DNA of 63,540 nt, the filler included, from Bigelowiella natans CCMP2755 (Eukaryota > Protista > Cercozoa): the NCBI GenBank assembly GCA_000320545.1. It is 7 parts of 7 records of this genome, joined end to end, with 100 filler letters (N's around TTAATTAATTAA, not from the genome) between each part and the next. Parts side by side here need not be neighbours in the genome. Positions count along the whole stretch, not along the records: positions 1 to 24,020 come from ADNK01002552.1; positions 24,121 to 38,057 come from ADNK01000933.1; 5 more parts are not named here. One strand, 5' to 3'. Both the position numbers and the translations under genes were made by a program. The notes beneath the pieces are model-generated. The model did no database searches. It worked only from the letters and a program-made list of their open reading frames with translations, and had not been told where the DNA came from. Each line of letters opens with the position of its first letter. Position 1 is the stretch's first letter. Shown here in pieces: positions 13,794 through 27,680 of this stretch.

Positions 13794-16118
13794 CATCTGT
13801 GAAGTTCTCTGACTATCGTTTCAATAGAAACTGCGGCTTGGGGGGCGACACATACCCTCACAGCCAGGGCACAGACAGGAAGCCGATGTTCCAAACGGAG
13901 CAGCAGCAGCAGCAGCAGCTGGCCAGAGAAATACCTAGAACCAGACATGCTGCATCAGGCTTGCCCGATCCACATCGCTATCAACGTCGCCTTATTCCAG
14001 AAGTGGTAGCTACCGACGATACGAGCGGAGACCACGACGGCATTGATGAGCTCGAAAGCGACGGCTTAGACTACGTGAGGGGGGCGAGTAAATCAGTCAT
14101 GCTAGAGCGTTCTCGAAAGGTCTTTCATATTTTGTCCTTTGTCTCTTCCGAAAATTTTATTTGTTTTTATCTCTGCGTACAATGGAGGCAACGGCGGCGG
14201 CTGCAGGCGCACTGAGGCAGCATTTCGCGCGCGTATTTCGACCTGAGCGGGTTGTGTTGAATCTGTGCAGGTCCTCCGGGAGATGACGCTGCTGAGAAAA
14301 GAAGCATCAGCTAGCGAAAGTCGCTCTCGTAAATCTAGCACGATATGCTATCGTATTTCTCATTTTTAACGAAACACAAAACGCCACCCGACCCCGTGTA
14401 TCTTGCCGCCTGAGAACGACTGATATTGCGTGTTGATTTTGCCCTCGTAAAACAGTTGTTCGAATGGCTCTGCTAACATACGGAGCTATCGCTAAAAGTG
14501 ACGTTATATATGTTTAATACCCTAGAAGACTTAGTTATGTGGGACCCCACCAGACGCCGCTTTGCGCAATTCGGTATGACTCGCTGGTTCCGTGTTGCGT
14601 GTGTGCGTGTGCGTATTTGTGTGCTCGTAGGGTTATAGCACTCCTTGATCCGCATTTCAACAACGACTTGTGTGTGCAGAAAACAGCGAGAAAGACACGG
14701 TTGGGCAAGGAAACAACGGCCAGAGATCTCCATCAATCGACTGCCGTAGCAAATGGCGTGGTCGCACGAATGATGAGCAGAGGGAGGAAATTAGCAACGA
14801 GGACGAAGGGGGGGGGGGGAGGGGCAAATACCTCGCCACGAACCGAAGGAGGAGGATGCGAGTGCCATCGTCTACCTCTCCAAGGAGGCAGAGAGACGCC
14901 GCACGGCGTCGTCACTCCATCAACCGTGCAGAAGGCAAAGACGCTATTGGAGGCGAATATGGTAATCATATCGATAGCTTCTTCCCCCCCTCCGGCTACA
15001 GAAACAGAAGAATTATGGCCGCACGCAATGGAGGGGGGGAGGGGATACGCGGTCAGGCCTCCGCAACTACTAGCAACCGTCGTAGTTGCAATCGCCAGCC
15101 CGATCGCCGCCTATTCCGAGGGTACAACGGTGCAGGCCAGCTAGCAATACTCCCATCGTCTCGCGGCGAGAATGCGAGCTCTCCGTTGTTCGCACTGCCT
15201 CCTCATGCACGATTTGACATTTACGTTCCTTCCCCAGTCCTGAAAGACATGCCAGTGGACGCCATCGAGCGACAGGTCACTGACGGGGCGCGGTTTGAGC
15301 AGTAGTGGAGCGCAATAGCAGCCGGGGAGAATATATACAGCATGCACGCACGATATTTCGAGAGAAATGCTTTGGAGAATAGCGTCGGTCATCATCTTCG
15401 TTTTCGGTATCGCTAATTTGCATTTCGTGACGCTAGTGGAGGCGGGCAGGTATCTCTGCGGATGAAACGGACCTTGCCAGTAACAATATCACGTGAGAGC
15501 GCGCGCGTCTGCGACGTCTGATTGGCGCTGATGATGACAGATGTGAAGGCGTTGTGTAAGAGGGTATGATGATGACGACGATGTGGTGTGGTATCGTTAT
15601 GACGGCGAATGATGATGATTGATTATGATCGGGATACAAATAATGATCATTATAAATGATATTGGTGATTTTAACAATGGTGATGATGAATGATGATAGC
15701 TGATGGTGACGGGGATATAAATGATGATGAAAGGTGATGATGATATCAATGGTGGTGATATAAATGATGATGAACAATGATGGTGAATGTGGTGGTAACT
15801 AACTGCGCTATTAGCCGTCGGCCTGCGCTCCTGACCTCGTTCTCACAGCTGCTTCTCCCAGCCCGGCTACTCGCTTGCGTGGCATCGTCTCTCTCTGCGA
15901 GAGGGGGGGGGCGGAAACTTTGTCCAACCCCAATTCAGTCTATTGCCATTCCGATGGCGATGAGCGGAGCGAGTTTCGCAGCTGTTTCACCCAGCGGGTA
16001 CAGTGTAGTAGTCGCGGCGGTGAAGGTGGCGGGATGGTGATTTTGCAATACAGCTGTTTTGAACACCATCAGCGATGTCTTCAACTTGCTCTCTTTCTCT
16101 CTCTCTCTCTCTCTCCCC

Positions 16119-16149
<31 letters not shown>

Positions 16150-17209
16150 TTCTAAGCACCGGAAAGACACTATCGTATGCGTTGGCCACGCTCCTCCACG
16201 TTCGGGCACAAGTAAGTTAACCGGGTAGCCTTTGGGAGAGCGCTACATATGACACACACACACACACACACACATGCACATGCACATGCACACATGCCCA
16301 TACACACGCTGAAACTGATGATAGCGACGGCAGCCATGACCGATGCACATGCCCGTTTGAACCATATTCAGCTGCAGAGGACTAGCAGAGATGTAGGCAG
16401 TCCCATTGCAATAATCGCGTGCCCTACCCGACAGCAGATAGAGGCTGTGCGCTCTACAGGTAGAATAGCATGATGCTGTGATTGGCGACGTGTGCATTGG
16501 TCGCATGCGTGGAGTGTGCGAGTCGAGTGGCTCGAGCACAGAGAGAGGTGATGGATTCCAACGATATAACTAACTCTCACAGTCATGCCTCTCTCCCTGT
16601 CGCTCGGGGGGGGGCTTGCGGTTGCGGTGGCAATGGGGACCGACGAGGACGTGAAACGAAGAAGGGCGTTGGAGCGCCGCTTCAAAGACACCGTGCATGT
16701 CGCCATTGGGACGGTAGGGAAGCTCGTTGCGCTCGCTCAGGACAAGGTGAGTTGTAGGCTGATCTCATCTTCCTCCTTCGTCGCACTGCCCCTCCGGTGC
16801 TCCCTGTGCTAGTTCTCTGAACGCCGGGTGAACGCTGTTGTGACGACGATGTGTCCATAAAATGTACAGCTGCTCTCTGGTCGGTGCGCGTCGTTTCTGG
16901 TGATGGATGATGCGGATCTTCTACTGAACGTGAGGCGGAGGGAGCCATTTTCCATGGCTCTCTCCCAGTATGTTCACCCGAACACCCAGGTGGCGATGTT
17001 TATGACTTGTAGCGCCGAGGATGATGATGATGATGATGACGGTGACGATCACGATGATGATTGGGACATGTGCTGACGCCTTCATTCTCTTTGGTTTTGG
17101 GTGCGGATCTAGCGTCTTTTCTTCTCTTCTGTGGCGATCAACAGGGGCGTGCTTTGTTCGGTGCGGATCGTAGAGATTAATATATATTTAAAAATATAAT
17201 TATGTCTTA

Positions 17210-17245
<36 letters not shown>

Positions 17246-17318
17246 AGTAGGACCTGCTTCTCGCCTGATCTCGAAAGCAAAAAAGAAAAGGGAGAGGGGG
17301 AAACTATGTTACATTGTG

Positions 17319-17349
<31 letters not shown>

Positions 17350-18832
17350 TTGTGTCGGCCATTGTAAATTACCCAACAAATGCTGCATCCTGCGCGCATG
17401 TGTCTTGGGGTTCAGATTGAAAGATGGTTGGACCGCAAGCTAATCCAGATATTCGTCGGAGGATGTAAAAACAGTAGCGACGCCGGAAAGGGGGCTGAAT
17501 TGGTCGTAAGAGAAGGGGCTTTGATTCCGAATAACATCTCATGCTCTTATACGGCAACCCCCTTAATTGCTCCTCAATCTCCCGCCTCTCTGGTAAGCCT
17601 CTTCCTAGCCTTTCAGCGTTCATTCTCTAATCGATCTCGCTGCATTCTTCCTTCCACCACTCCTTAGCGGCAGACAAGGAGCCTCCGTGGGGATTACGAC
17701 ATTCATCGAGAGAACAATAGTCGCGCCGCTGGCAATGCGGATATGGCAACTGCGGCTGCTACGAAGCCGCTAGCGTCCTTGGGCGAAGATGCACGGCATG
17801 CGGACGATGGAGACGGCTGCATTAGCGATGACTTTAACGAGGCCCCCCAATACGCTACGACGAGCAGTTTCGAGAGCGCTGGCTTTCTGAAGACTGCGAT
17901 CTTGCCCAGCGCTTTGATTGAGAAGTATGATGGCAATGGCAATGTCGCAGCGGTGATGGTTGGTGATTGCATGTGTCCTGCATACCCTGCGAATTATTTT
18001 TAATTTAGATTTTACTCTTTCAAGTCTTGAGATTCTAATAACTTGTTGCGAAGGTACGGGTCTGCGATCGTGGAGCGCACCAACCAGGCCGTGACTTTGC
18101 TGCATGCTAATGGGAACTACACCGTTGTGGCATCGGTGAGGAGGGATCAGTGATCGTACTTTAGTTCCGCAGCAATGAGCATGTTCACGATGATGATGAT
18201 TATTGCAATGGTGGCGACGATGACGAGGATGATGATGACGGTGGTGCTATTTATCGTTGCAGAACAACTCCGGAAGGACGGATGCGAAGAAATGCGGTTG
18301 GCATCGTGGTCATCATCATCATTCCTTGGAAGACACGGAGCGACAAGCTACTGGCGTGGATGCCATGAAGCATTTCAATGAAGGGCTGAAACACATCCCC
18401 GAGGTGGAGAGTGTACCTCAATCCGTGTTTTCCTCCGACCCTCGTGCATCAAAGCAAGCGCTCCGAAGTAAGAGAATGTCACCAATAAGTTTCCGTTCGG
18501 TGCTCAGATGAATTGCATTCCTTGCTGCAAGAAATGAGCCATTGTTTCGATGTTGTTTTGCTCACGAAGGATGGATCGGAAACGAGGGCCCGCGTCGGCT
18601 GGATGCAGCGGCCGGCGTGCATTTTGCAGCGCAAAGTGAAGGCTCGTCGGCATTGCGGGCTCTTGATCGTAACAATGCTCGTCCAAAAGAAAGGTGCGAT
18701 AGACACGGATTCAGAGGTGATGTACAGAGAGAATCTCGAAGAAAAGGACGGGGCGATTTCGACGTTTCTTCAGAGGAAGGCATTACTGGGCAACGACAAC
18801 TAGACCATGTTGTCAATTCCATGATGTGTTGA
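13450..18832 (+). CDS. Multi-exon gene (possibly two) with low-complexity N-terminus and a degenerate DEAD-box RecA1 domain (~15849-17510); no helicase C domain found
   Basis: Q motif CPTPIQSIAIPMAMSG; Walker A SPSG|TGKTLSY joined in phase; Ia ACPTRQQ; Ib HVAIGTVGKL; motif II FLVMDDAD; QVAMFMT in place of SAT. Downstream exons do not resemble motifs IV-VI. Confidence 0.7.
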
Positions 18833-18834
18833 GT

Positions 18835-19420
18835 ACATATGCATGCACGCGCGTTTGCATGCACTTTCATTCATAATAGTCACGCATGCTAGAATGTCTA
18901 GAGGGCATCTGCCACGTATGCAGTGGCAGTGTAACCTAGTAACGAATATGGTTTACATGCATTGTTAATGTCTCGACTAATCAAAAAAGTGCACCCGTGG
19001 CACATATCTATTATGGCACACGCGTGCATCAAACATGACATATTTAATGATGCATGTCGATCAAGCTGGAGAGCAAGCTAGCAAGTTGCAAAGATCTGAA
19101 CATCGTTGGCCTGTCTAGCTGTGCCTAAACTCGACCGAAATTTTGCTTTGCTGCTTTGCAAAGCTACACAGCATAAGGATGACTATTGAGACAATGTGAT
19201 CATAACAACTTCACAACATCCGCCTCACACATCAATAGCAAATGTAACGTAAGCGCTGTAGCCGCTGCTTTGCATAGCTAAGGTACATTGTATGGCCATT
19301 CAAAAAATTAGAGTCATTGTGCTAATCATGCTATTGCTTCATTACATCCGCTCCTATAAGCGCTACACCGCTGCTGCTCTGCATCGCCATTGATTTGTAA
19401 CGTTACAAATCAACATCTGT
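18835..19420. other. Intergenic CATG/TGCA/AGCT-rich island between convergent genes
   Basis: Starts 3 nt after the putative stop at 18832; SSR-free and rich in palindromic tetramers; TpA loss weaker than in other islands. Confidence 0.65.
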
Positions 19421-19470
19421 AGGTTGCTGGTAAGTTTAATTCTGTTACATTGTGGCATGCATCTTCGGTT

Positions 19471-22210
19471 TCATTTGTCATTGCTATTGATAGTTGCTTT
19501 ATCGTCTATTTTTGTTTCTAATTTCTGCTTCTTCTCCTTGCGAACCTCATCGGACGCTTCCACTTTTGTAATCTTTATTCCCTCTTCAATTTTCTGCGAA
19601 GAGTCTCCGACACCAGCGTCCTTTCGTTTCTCCAAACTGCTAACATACAAATGGTTCTTATCCGGTATTGCTCGGAATTCATAACAGCGGATACCTCTTG
19701 TGTATCACATTATCAGTTTGAAAGCGGTTCAGGATCATGCAACAGCCAAAAGGCAAAGGCGCGCAGACCCATGCGAGTCGATTACATATCGTCAAACTAA
19801 GTAACCTATTTTCTGTATTTGCATCTTTATTCCCATCCTTATTCGCATCCTTATTCTTAATCGCAGCCTTATCTATCGCTGGAACTGAGGACTTTTTCCT
19901 TCTTTTTCTCTTCTTTGAGGGCGCAGGTCTGCAAATAATTAAACACATTTTTCAGATTAGGACCTCATGGCAATGTACTACGAATACCGGAAGGAAAAAC
20001 ACTCGCGTTAAACTCGAATAAAGTATAAATCAAATAAGTGAGTGTGGTTCTTCATAGTCCATCATCGTCCTCCCAAATACATCGAAGAAACCGCGCCGAG
20101 AGAAATCCATAAAGCTCTCATTCCCTCCCCCGAATCAATGCTACTCATCACCCAATGCAAAATGTGGAAACCGAATGGCTCTATCTTCGGCAGCACAGAC
20201 GTACATGCACATGTTTGCGGTACCGTTTTTCATCAGGAAAGACCCACTCGGGGAGTTTCTAAAAACACCAATATCATTCGTCGTTTCATTAATTTTAAGG
20301 AAAATAAAAGTACCAAAAGGAACCTAACAGCCTACTACATCATCTATTTACACATGAACACTCTCTTCGTTCTCTCTCCTACCGTAGCTGTGACGTGCTT
20401 AAATTCGCACTTGAAGCCGCCCTCTCCCTAATTACCAACATCGAATTGATATTAACTATTACATCTCAGGGAGTCGGTTTCACCCCAACTCCACGCAAAT
20501 CGAGCGGTCTTGATTTGCAGTGTGAATCGAAGTGAAAGGGGGGGGGGTAGCGGAAACAATATATGGCATGCATAAACACTATAAATAGATCAATAAATAC
20601 TGAACAAAATGCAACACAGGAAGTCCCTCATCGATAGGACGAAGTAGCTCTAGAGGGAGGATGCGTGGATGAGCGTTTTTTGATTGGCTCTTACATTGTA
20701 TTTCTCGATTATGCCCTTAAAGTAAGTTATGGCACTTCGGATATCCACCTGCTTCCTGATGGATATGGTGTATTATGTGGGTATATGTTGTGTGCAGCAC
20801 TCGTTTGCCCAGGTTTTTCCAACAATATGTTCATGATTATGACTATCAAGCAAGGATTTGTATCGGTTGTGAGGCATCGAGCAACCTCTTTCCTTTGCTG
20901 GCTCCCTCGCCTTTTTGCTCTCCATCGGCTTTAAAATCTAGGCCTAGGAAGAAGCTCTGCCATTCACAGACAAACATGCGTTGGAAATGACCGTGTTATC
21001 TCGGATGATGTGCTGCTGCTCTCCGTGTTGTTGCTCTCGAGTGTTTAGTAGTGCGATAACAATATGGCAGGGGTTAAGGCATGCGTAGCAAACGCATCCA
21101 CCGCGAGGAAATGGCAGTGCAGGGAATAGATGCTGCTTTCAAAATCTCCATTTTAATGAAAAAACAGACTGTGAGTTGCGTGATGAATACCTTGACACAC
21201 TTTTGGTCTGGATGCTGCAAAAGAAGATATGACGTGAGCACCCATAACCAACCACAGAAACATTGAGCGTGTCGCAAACACCGATAGAAAAAAAACCCTT
21301 GAAGGCCAATCTATAATTAACGCTAACTAAGCTACATGCACACTGCTGATGAGATACCTCCATCGCCTTTGGATAGGGAGTGCACTGCACGCCAAACATG
21401 TAAGGCGGCTCTAAGCTGAGCACCTATTCGTTCCATACCGCCATCACCAAAGCACAGCAATCGGTACAACAGATAGTCAAACATGACTCCAAAAGGCGTA
21501 AAGGAAACGATAACTATTGAATAACATGCATCAAGACTTCCGCGACAACTAAATGGGGGGGGGTTTTGAGTAGTAGAAATAAGATGAAAACCAACCAGCT
21601 GACGCATTTTCGATTGCACGAATCCATAGTATCTGCGCAATGAGAGGCAATAAATCAGACACTAGATGGATATACAGTTTTTCATTCAGTTATGAATTTT
21701 GACTCAATCGAGATGGCCAATTTTCCCAGCACATCTCCCATTACTTGTTGAATTCGTCTTCGTCCTCGGGGCCTTTAATGAGCATAAAAAGCACGCATAC
21801 AACGATATGTCAGGAAATATATATGCTACGCTTCATCGGCGTGATACAAACACGCACACACTCACACACAGAGAGATAGAGAGAGAGAGGGAGAGAGAGA
21901 GAGAGAGAGAGGGGACCTGATAGTTTGACTTGTAAGTAGTCTCTATGCTCGAGGAAGAAGTTGCGCTTCTGCATATGCCCAAACATGCAATCTTTGAGCG
22001 CTTTGCGCGTGTGCGAAACGAACGACAACGAAAATAATACAACAAACGATAGCAGAAACAACCCCAAAAACAATAAAACACTATGCTTTGAGATCCAGGC
22101 GGAGATAGGGTGTCAAGACATCCATATTCGACTGCTGGCATGATGCATGCATACTTTGTGAAGAGGTACTGTATTCTAGAGAGAGAGGAAAAGAAGGACA
22201 ACGAGATAGA

Positions 22211-22251
<41 letters not shown>

Positions 22252-23230
22252 GCAGGCAGAGAGATTCATTAGCATTAGAGTAAAACTACGAGTCAGCAAA
22301 CCTCCATCAACTCCTCCCAGATCTTCGAGACAAACCATACAAGGCCAACACAGCGACGATAAGGGTAAAGGGCAAAGGAAAAAATAACAATCATGATTAA
22401 AAATGAAAATAAAACATCACAAGATGATCGGGGGAAAAAACACGAGTCAAAATTCAAGCGTAAAGTCAAGGATTTTTGTAACGCTCAAACGCCTTCAATA
22501 TTATATTGCTACTGTGATGGTCGTTATTCTTCGTCTTCTTCTCCTCTCCTCCCCGCTAAATCTTGCGATTTGTCCGCAAACAATCCTCCCCAACACAACA
22601 GCACGGGTCACGGGTCACAACGTGAGACCTTGAGAATGTCCTCGGTGCCAAGGTTCTCATTCATAAGTCTGAAAATAACATAACGCCAATCTGTCATCAA
22701 CATGGAGAACACGTTCAAATATATATATCATTGTCACGACGAGATGGGGCGCCAGCATATATCTGTTCCGAGCCCTCCGCAACAGCAGTGTCAAATGAAG
22801 AATCGATAAACCGTGTCTAGCATACCTGGAAGAGATCTTCTCTCCCCGCATGAGCTGTGGATTTATGCAAGGAGAGATCAGACGATCGTTGCAAGGTGAA
22901 TGCGTCATTATAACCGGGAAAATCATGCAAAAAAAGATACAAAAAGCCTCTCTGCAGTGTTGTGCAGAAGAATTTGGGACAACGCGCACACGTGCAATAT
23001 ATCCTTTCGTCTAAGCTACATCTCCAACACACACACACACACACACGTTTTATTTGCAAGTTAGTGCTGCAACGGAGACTTGCTTTGAGGCATTTCTATG
23101 GCCTCTTCCCTACCTCTTTTTTGAGTACTGCCAGAGTTGATTTGTTCACGTTGAAAGTCGAATTCATGGGCGGGTAGGAAGGAGTAATGATAGGTGCCAA
23201 GTCCTTCTTATTCCTGATTTTAATAACAGT

Positions 23231-23270
<40 letters not shown>

Positions 23271-23650
23271 CACTATCGAAGAATGCTAACGTGACAACTA
23301 CTCGTTAAAATACGCGAGATGGGGTTTATATATAGTAGATTAGCTGGTAGTAGTCGCACTACCGCAGCGGATCCCATACTTCGAATTTGAGCTCCTTAGG
23401 ACAACAAATAAACAACAGTACACGCACTCAATATTACCACCACCGACGATTGTCACTTTTGCATGGATTATAAAACTGCTCATCGTGTAGAGGGGAATCG
23501 ATATCTGCAGCTGACGATCTACCCGAATTCGGTCAGGATTGGTGAGACGAATGGGGGAGGGCCACTTCCAGTGGTTCAAGACTAAGAAGAATTTGCCTGA
23601 GAAAGAAACCGAACACCATGGCGTTCCATAAGGCTCACGTCAACTATACA

Positions 23651-23718
<68 letters not shown>

Positions 23719-23887
23719 GAGGAGACTTATAGAGTCTACATATTCCAACAGGCATGAAAGCGAGGATGCGTCTGCGTAACCGCAAAATTAAATATCATAC
23801 CATACCTACCCCCTCCCCCCCCCTCACGTACCTTCCTTCAGAACACAAATGATTGTACATATACACACAAATATCTGTCTTTTATAC

Positions 23888-23927
<40 letters not shown>

Positions 23928-24020
23928 CTTACATAAAACGTATTCCCGGTGCTGCATTTGGATACCATTGGCACACCTGCGGCGGAGCAAATAGCCCCTG
24001 ATATATAACAAACACGGGCA
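19471..24020 (-). CDS. PAPOLA: Canonical poly(A) polymerase, central and RNA-binding domains; 5' part lost in gap
   Basis: Exons VCQWYPNAAPG, KFFLVLNHWKWPSP, EVWDPLR, PMNSTFNVNKSTLAVLKKE, IWEELME|KRNFFLEHRDYLQ, YYGFVQSKMRQL and KLPEWVFP occur in PAP order. Confidence 0.88.
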
Positions 24021-24120
24021 NNNNNNNNNNNNNNNNNNNNNNNNNNNNNNNNNNNNNNNNNNNNTTAATTAATTAANNNNNNNNNNNNNNNNNNNNNNNN
24101 NNNNNNNNNNNNNNNNNNNN
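24021..24120. other. Scaffold gap (44N-TTAATTAATTAA-44N); identical fillers at 38058-38157, 54097-54196, 56369-56468, 60810-60909, 62055-62154
   Basis: Fixed 100-bp format with an all-frame-stop linker. Genes on both sides are truncated, so true gap sizes are larger. Confidence 0.97.
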
Positions 24121-24279
24121 GGCAGATGGTCATATTCGCTTTAGTTTTCGCATATATAAAAACGTGTGCGCATACAGGAGTACAATCACACACACACACA
24201 CACACATCCAAAGTCGTACATGAGTGCAAAAGAATGCATATAATATACATGCATGCGGGAAATGGACAGAGCATTTTGT

Positions 24280-24755
24280 ACAGTGCGCCATGGTCAGCTT
24301 AGAGCAAGCACGTCCCATTCTATCTCCTTCCACTCGATGGATGGGCCCTGCCATCTCGTTGCGTGATGATACAGTGCTCATCATCACCATCATCATCATC
24401 CTCAGCATATCTCCATCCCCATCCCCATCGTCACCCTCGTCGTCATCGTCGTCCACCATCATCAGACTGGGAGCGACCGTGGGCGCACGATATGAATAAA
24501 CTGACCGATTCCCTCGTTCCTGGCATAATGGTAGTGCCATCATCACCACCACTATCACCATCACTCATCTTCTTCACTGTCTCCATCGACATCGCCGTCT
24601 CTACCGTGTATAGTTAATAGTAGAAATCGTGCTAGAATAGCCATTGGCTCCGGGAGGTGTATTAGACGTATAGAGAGAGGAGGGGAGGCGGCATTTTTGT
24701 GGTGACGCATATCAAGTGCCAACAATACAAGCACACGCTAACATCATATGATGAC

Positions 24756-24792
<37 letters not shown>

Positions 24793-25380
24793 TGTTATCA
24801 GGTTCAGGGCCCATACCCCATGAGCATTGATGAAATGGAGCGGGGGGGGTAGAAATTAGGAAGAAACAACCAATACAATCGTGATTTGATGAAATGAGAA
24901 GAAGAAGAAGATCGTTTGCACGGAAGGGCGTGATGATTGATTGATGATGACAATTATTTGACGAAATAATGCTGGATTTTCGACACTCCGCTGTTTTGCG
25001 TTATGATGGAGCTTCCCTCCACCCCCGTGGTTGCCAACACACACACAACACACACACACACACGCGCGCGCGCGCATACGGTACCTTCAAATACGGCCAA
25101 TTGACCCGTTGGTGCAACACGCCATGGTAGGAAAAAAACCGTATTCGAGTTGAAGGTAGAATGCTTCTGGGGGCGGGCCTACCTGGCAAGTGTGAACTTC
25201 GGCAGGGATACGATCATCCTGCGAGATGGATCGATAGAACTCTACCCGACGTACGCGATGATAATGATGATGATGACGATGATGATGATGACGATGACGA
25301 TGACGGTGATGATGTGTTCACGCCATGGATAAGGGGGGGGGGGGGGGTTAATATAAAAATATGTGCGCATATAACATATC

Positions 25381-25429
<49 letters not shown>

Positions 25430-25713
25430 CATATGAAAATGAGAGAGACAGAGTGTGTGTGTGTGTGTGCGTGTGTGTGCGTGCGTGTGCGGAAAGGTGC
25501 GACCATTGTTTTGATGTAAGATTCCACGGCCCTCATTAGCCGCGTAACCTAGTGGCTATTTCCATATCTATGTATCACATCTCTGTCTTTCCGCCAGGTG
25601 GTGGCAGAGCAAAGTCAATGCACATACAGAGTCGCCATATAACACGTGGATCCGAGAGGAAGGCCACCTTGATAAGGTGGGGGGAGGGGGGTTGCAAAGA
25701 AAACGAAACGACA

Positions 25714-25752
<39 letters not shown>

Positions 25753-26300
25753 CTCGCACACCGCTCTCGTACGCCGTGCGTTTTTGCTTCTATATCGTCT
25801 GCTACTTTCCCTATTCAGTAGCCCCCCCCCCACACCCCTTCCCCCCTCTTTCCCTACCTGAGATCAAGGAGCGTGATTGTGTTGATTGACGTGGGCACCC
25901 CGTAATCGATGATGATAGGTTTGGAAACTTGCTGAAACCGCGGCGAAAATCATGGGAATTGACCAGGTGTCGTGTCTTCTTGGAGCTTTGGGCATTGCCT
26001 GCGTATGCATGTGTGTGCGTGCGTGTGTGTGTGTGTTTGTGTGCACGCGTGCTTTGCCGCCACACGTTGGAAGAAGAAGAAGATACCTGACAGCATTGCT
26101 CTGCATGTAGGTTCGGATCGACATCTTCATCACCAAGGGCGACCCGGATGCCATTGCCATCAACGAGAACTCCATCTCCTCCGGGATGGGCTACCGCTCC
26201 CACTTCGAGTTCATGCCGAAGATATGGGCGCAGGTAAACGACGATGATAACAACGATAGAAGGATATAACAACGAGTAATGATGAGGAGAACAACAATAT

Positions 26301-26331
<31 letters not shown>

Positions 26332-26785
26332 AATTACAGTTGTATAGTAGGAGCAGTAATGCATAGATACACACGCACGCACGCACGCACGCACGCACAC
26401 ACATATATTGAGGTCCAACTGCATGTTGCGAACCCCTGCCTCTTCTTATCACTGCTTCTGCTGCTGCCGCTGCTGCTGTTGTGGTTGTTTTTCATTTTTT
26501 GTTGTGTTTTTTGGTGTGCCGTCATCGAATTAGGGGCACGTGGAGAAGTGGTTCAAGAAGTATGAAGGGCCTGGCAAAGACCTGCCGGTAATCCCCCCCC
26601 CTCCTTACTCACTCCCGTAATCTTCCAGGCCCGTTGATTCGTCGGCCATTTGAATTTGATGGCGTGATCGTTCCCCTTCTCGTTGTCGTTGTCGTCGCCG
26701 TCGTAATCAGGTGTACCAACTGAGTTATCCAGATAAGACTTGCCCGAACCAAGGATTGATTAGTTCCGAGCCTCCTTACGCCTGA
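24280..26785 (+). CDS. TupA-like ATP-grasp protein (PF14305-like); 5' part lost in gap
   Basis: Exons join in phase to SLVPGIMVQGPYPMSIDEMERGGKKTVFELKVECFWGRAYLASVNFGRD...EEGHLDKVWKLAETAAKIMGIDQVRIDIFITKGDPDAIAINENSISSGMGY, paralleling TupA PRIIxEEY, DYKxxCFxG, MxxxAExLS, VRVDLY and GExTFxPxSG. Confidence 0.75.
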
Positions 26786-26869
26786 AGCTGGTAGCGCCCT
26801 GCTGGCTACGCTCGGAGGGGGGGGGGGGTTGTCACGTCCTCACATTCGCTTAGCAGATGATGATCTGCA

Positions 26870-27680
26870 ATGCAGTCCACAGAACACGTGCACTTGACAA
26901 CAAACGCACATATAATGCTAGATCATTATCCAAACATCGCTTGTGCGCGACGCACGATCATTCATGTGAACACGTCTAGCTAGACGTGCATGCAAGCTAG
27001 CAAGATGCGCGCGGGATGCACCCATTCCAAGATCCCTGCAAGCTTGTTCGCACGTGCGGCTTTGCACGCGCACTCATGCAGCTCTGGAGCTTTTGCACAA
27101 CGCACGATCGTCACGTCTAATTGACGACGCACGGTACATGCTTCCCGGGTTTGACGTTGCTGTACATGCGGATAGATGCTCATTGATTGCGCAGTACGTT
27201 GTTCCCAGCCGTCGACGACATTGTGCAATGCACCACGTCTCACACGGCGCTAGCTAGCTAGCATCGCAGAGTGCAAGCAGTGGGATCCATTGGGATGTTT
27301 TGTGCATGGCATGTAGTAGCGTTGATTATTTCTGTGTGCATGCTAGCTACAACCCACCCTGTACGAGTGTACGAGCAGTGAACAATGTGTGTGCAAACGC
27401 ATGCAAGTGCTGACGATTAAATCCGCGTGCATGCAAGCAGTGCGTTGAACGCCCACGCACAGCTACACACGCACATGTGATTGCTTTGCGAGCAAACGAC
27501 TGAACCATCAACTTGCACCCAATCACCATATTAGTACACAGCTTTGCTTGTGATAGACATCGAAAAATGGGCATTTGCTAATAGTTTAAGATGCGGCTGC
27601 TGTTTGCACGCATCTGGCACGTCATACTTTGCAAGGTACAGCACCCGTGCTCCATGATTCGATCGCAGCATCGTCAACTA
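26870..27680. other. Intergenic palindromic-tetramer island between convergent genes
   Basis: Dense TGCA/CATG/CTAG, SSR-free. Confidence 0.7.

Noticed and set aside
16921-16960. Apparent 1-nt frameshift after DDAD
   Set aside because: Re-reading gccattttccatg shows the frame continues (NVRRREPFSMALSQY); no frameshift needed.
24065-24076. TTAATTAATTAA palindrome repeated six times in the window
   Set aside because: Always centred in 44N+44N; an assembly linker, not biology.
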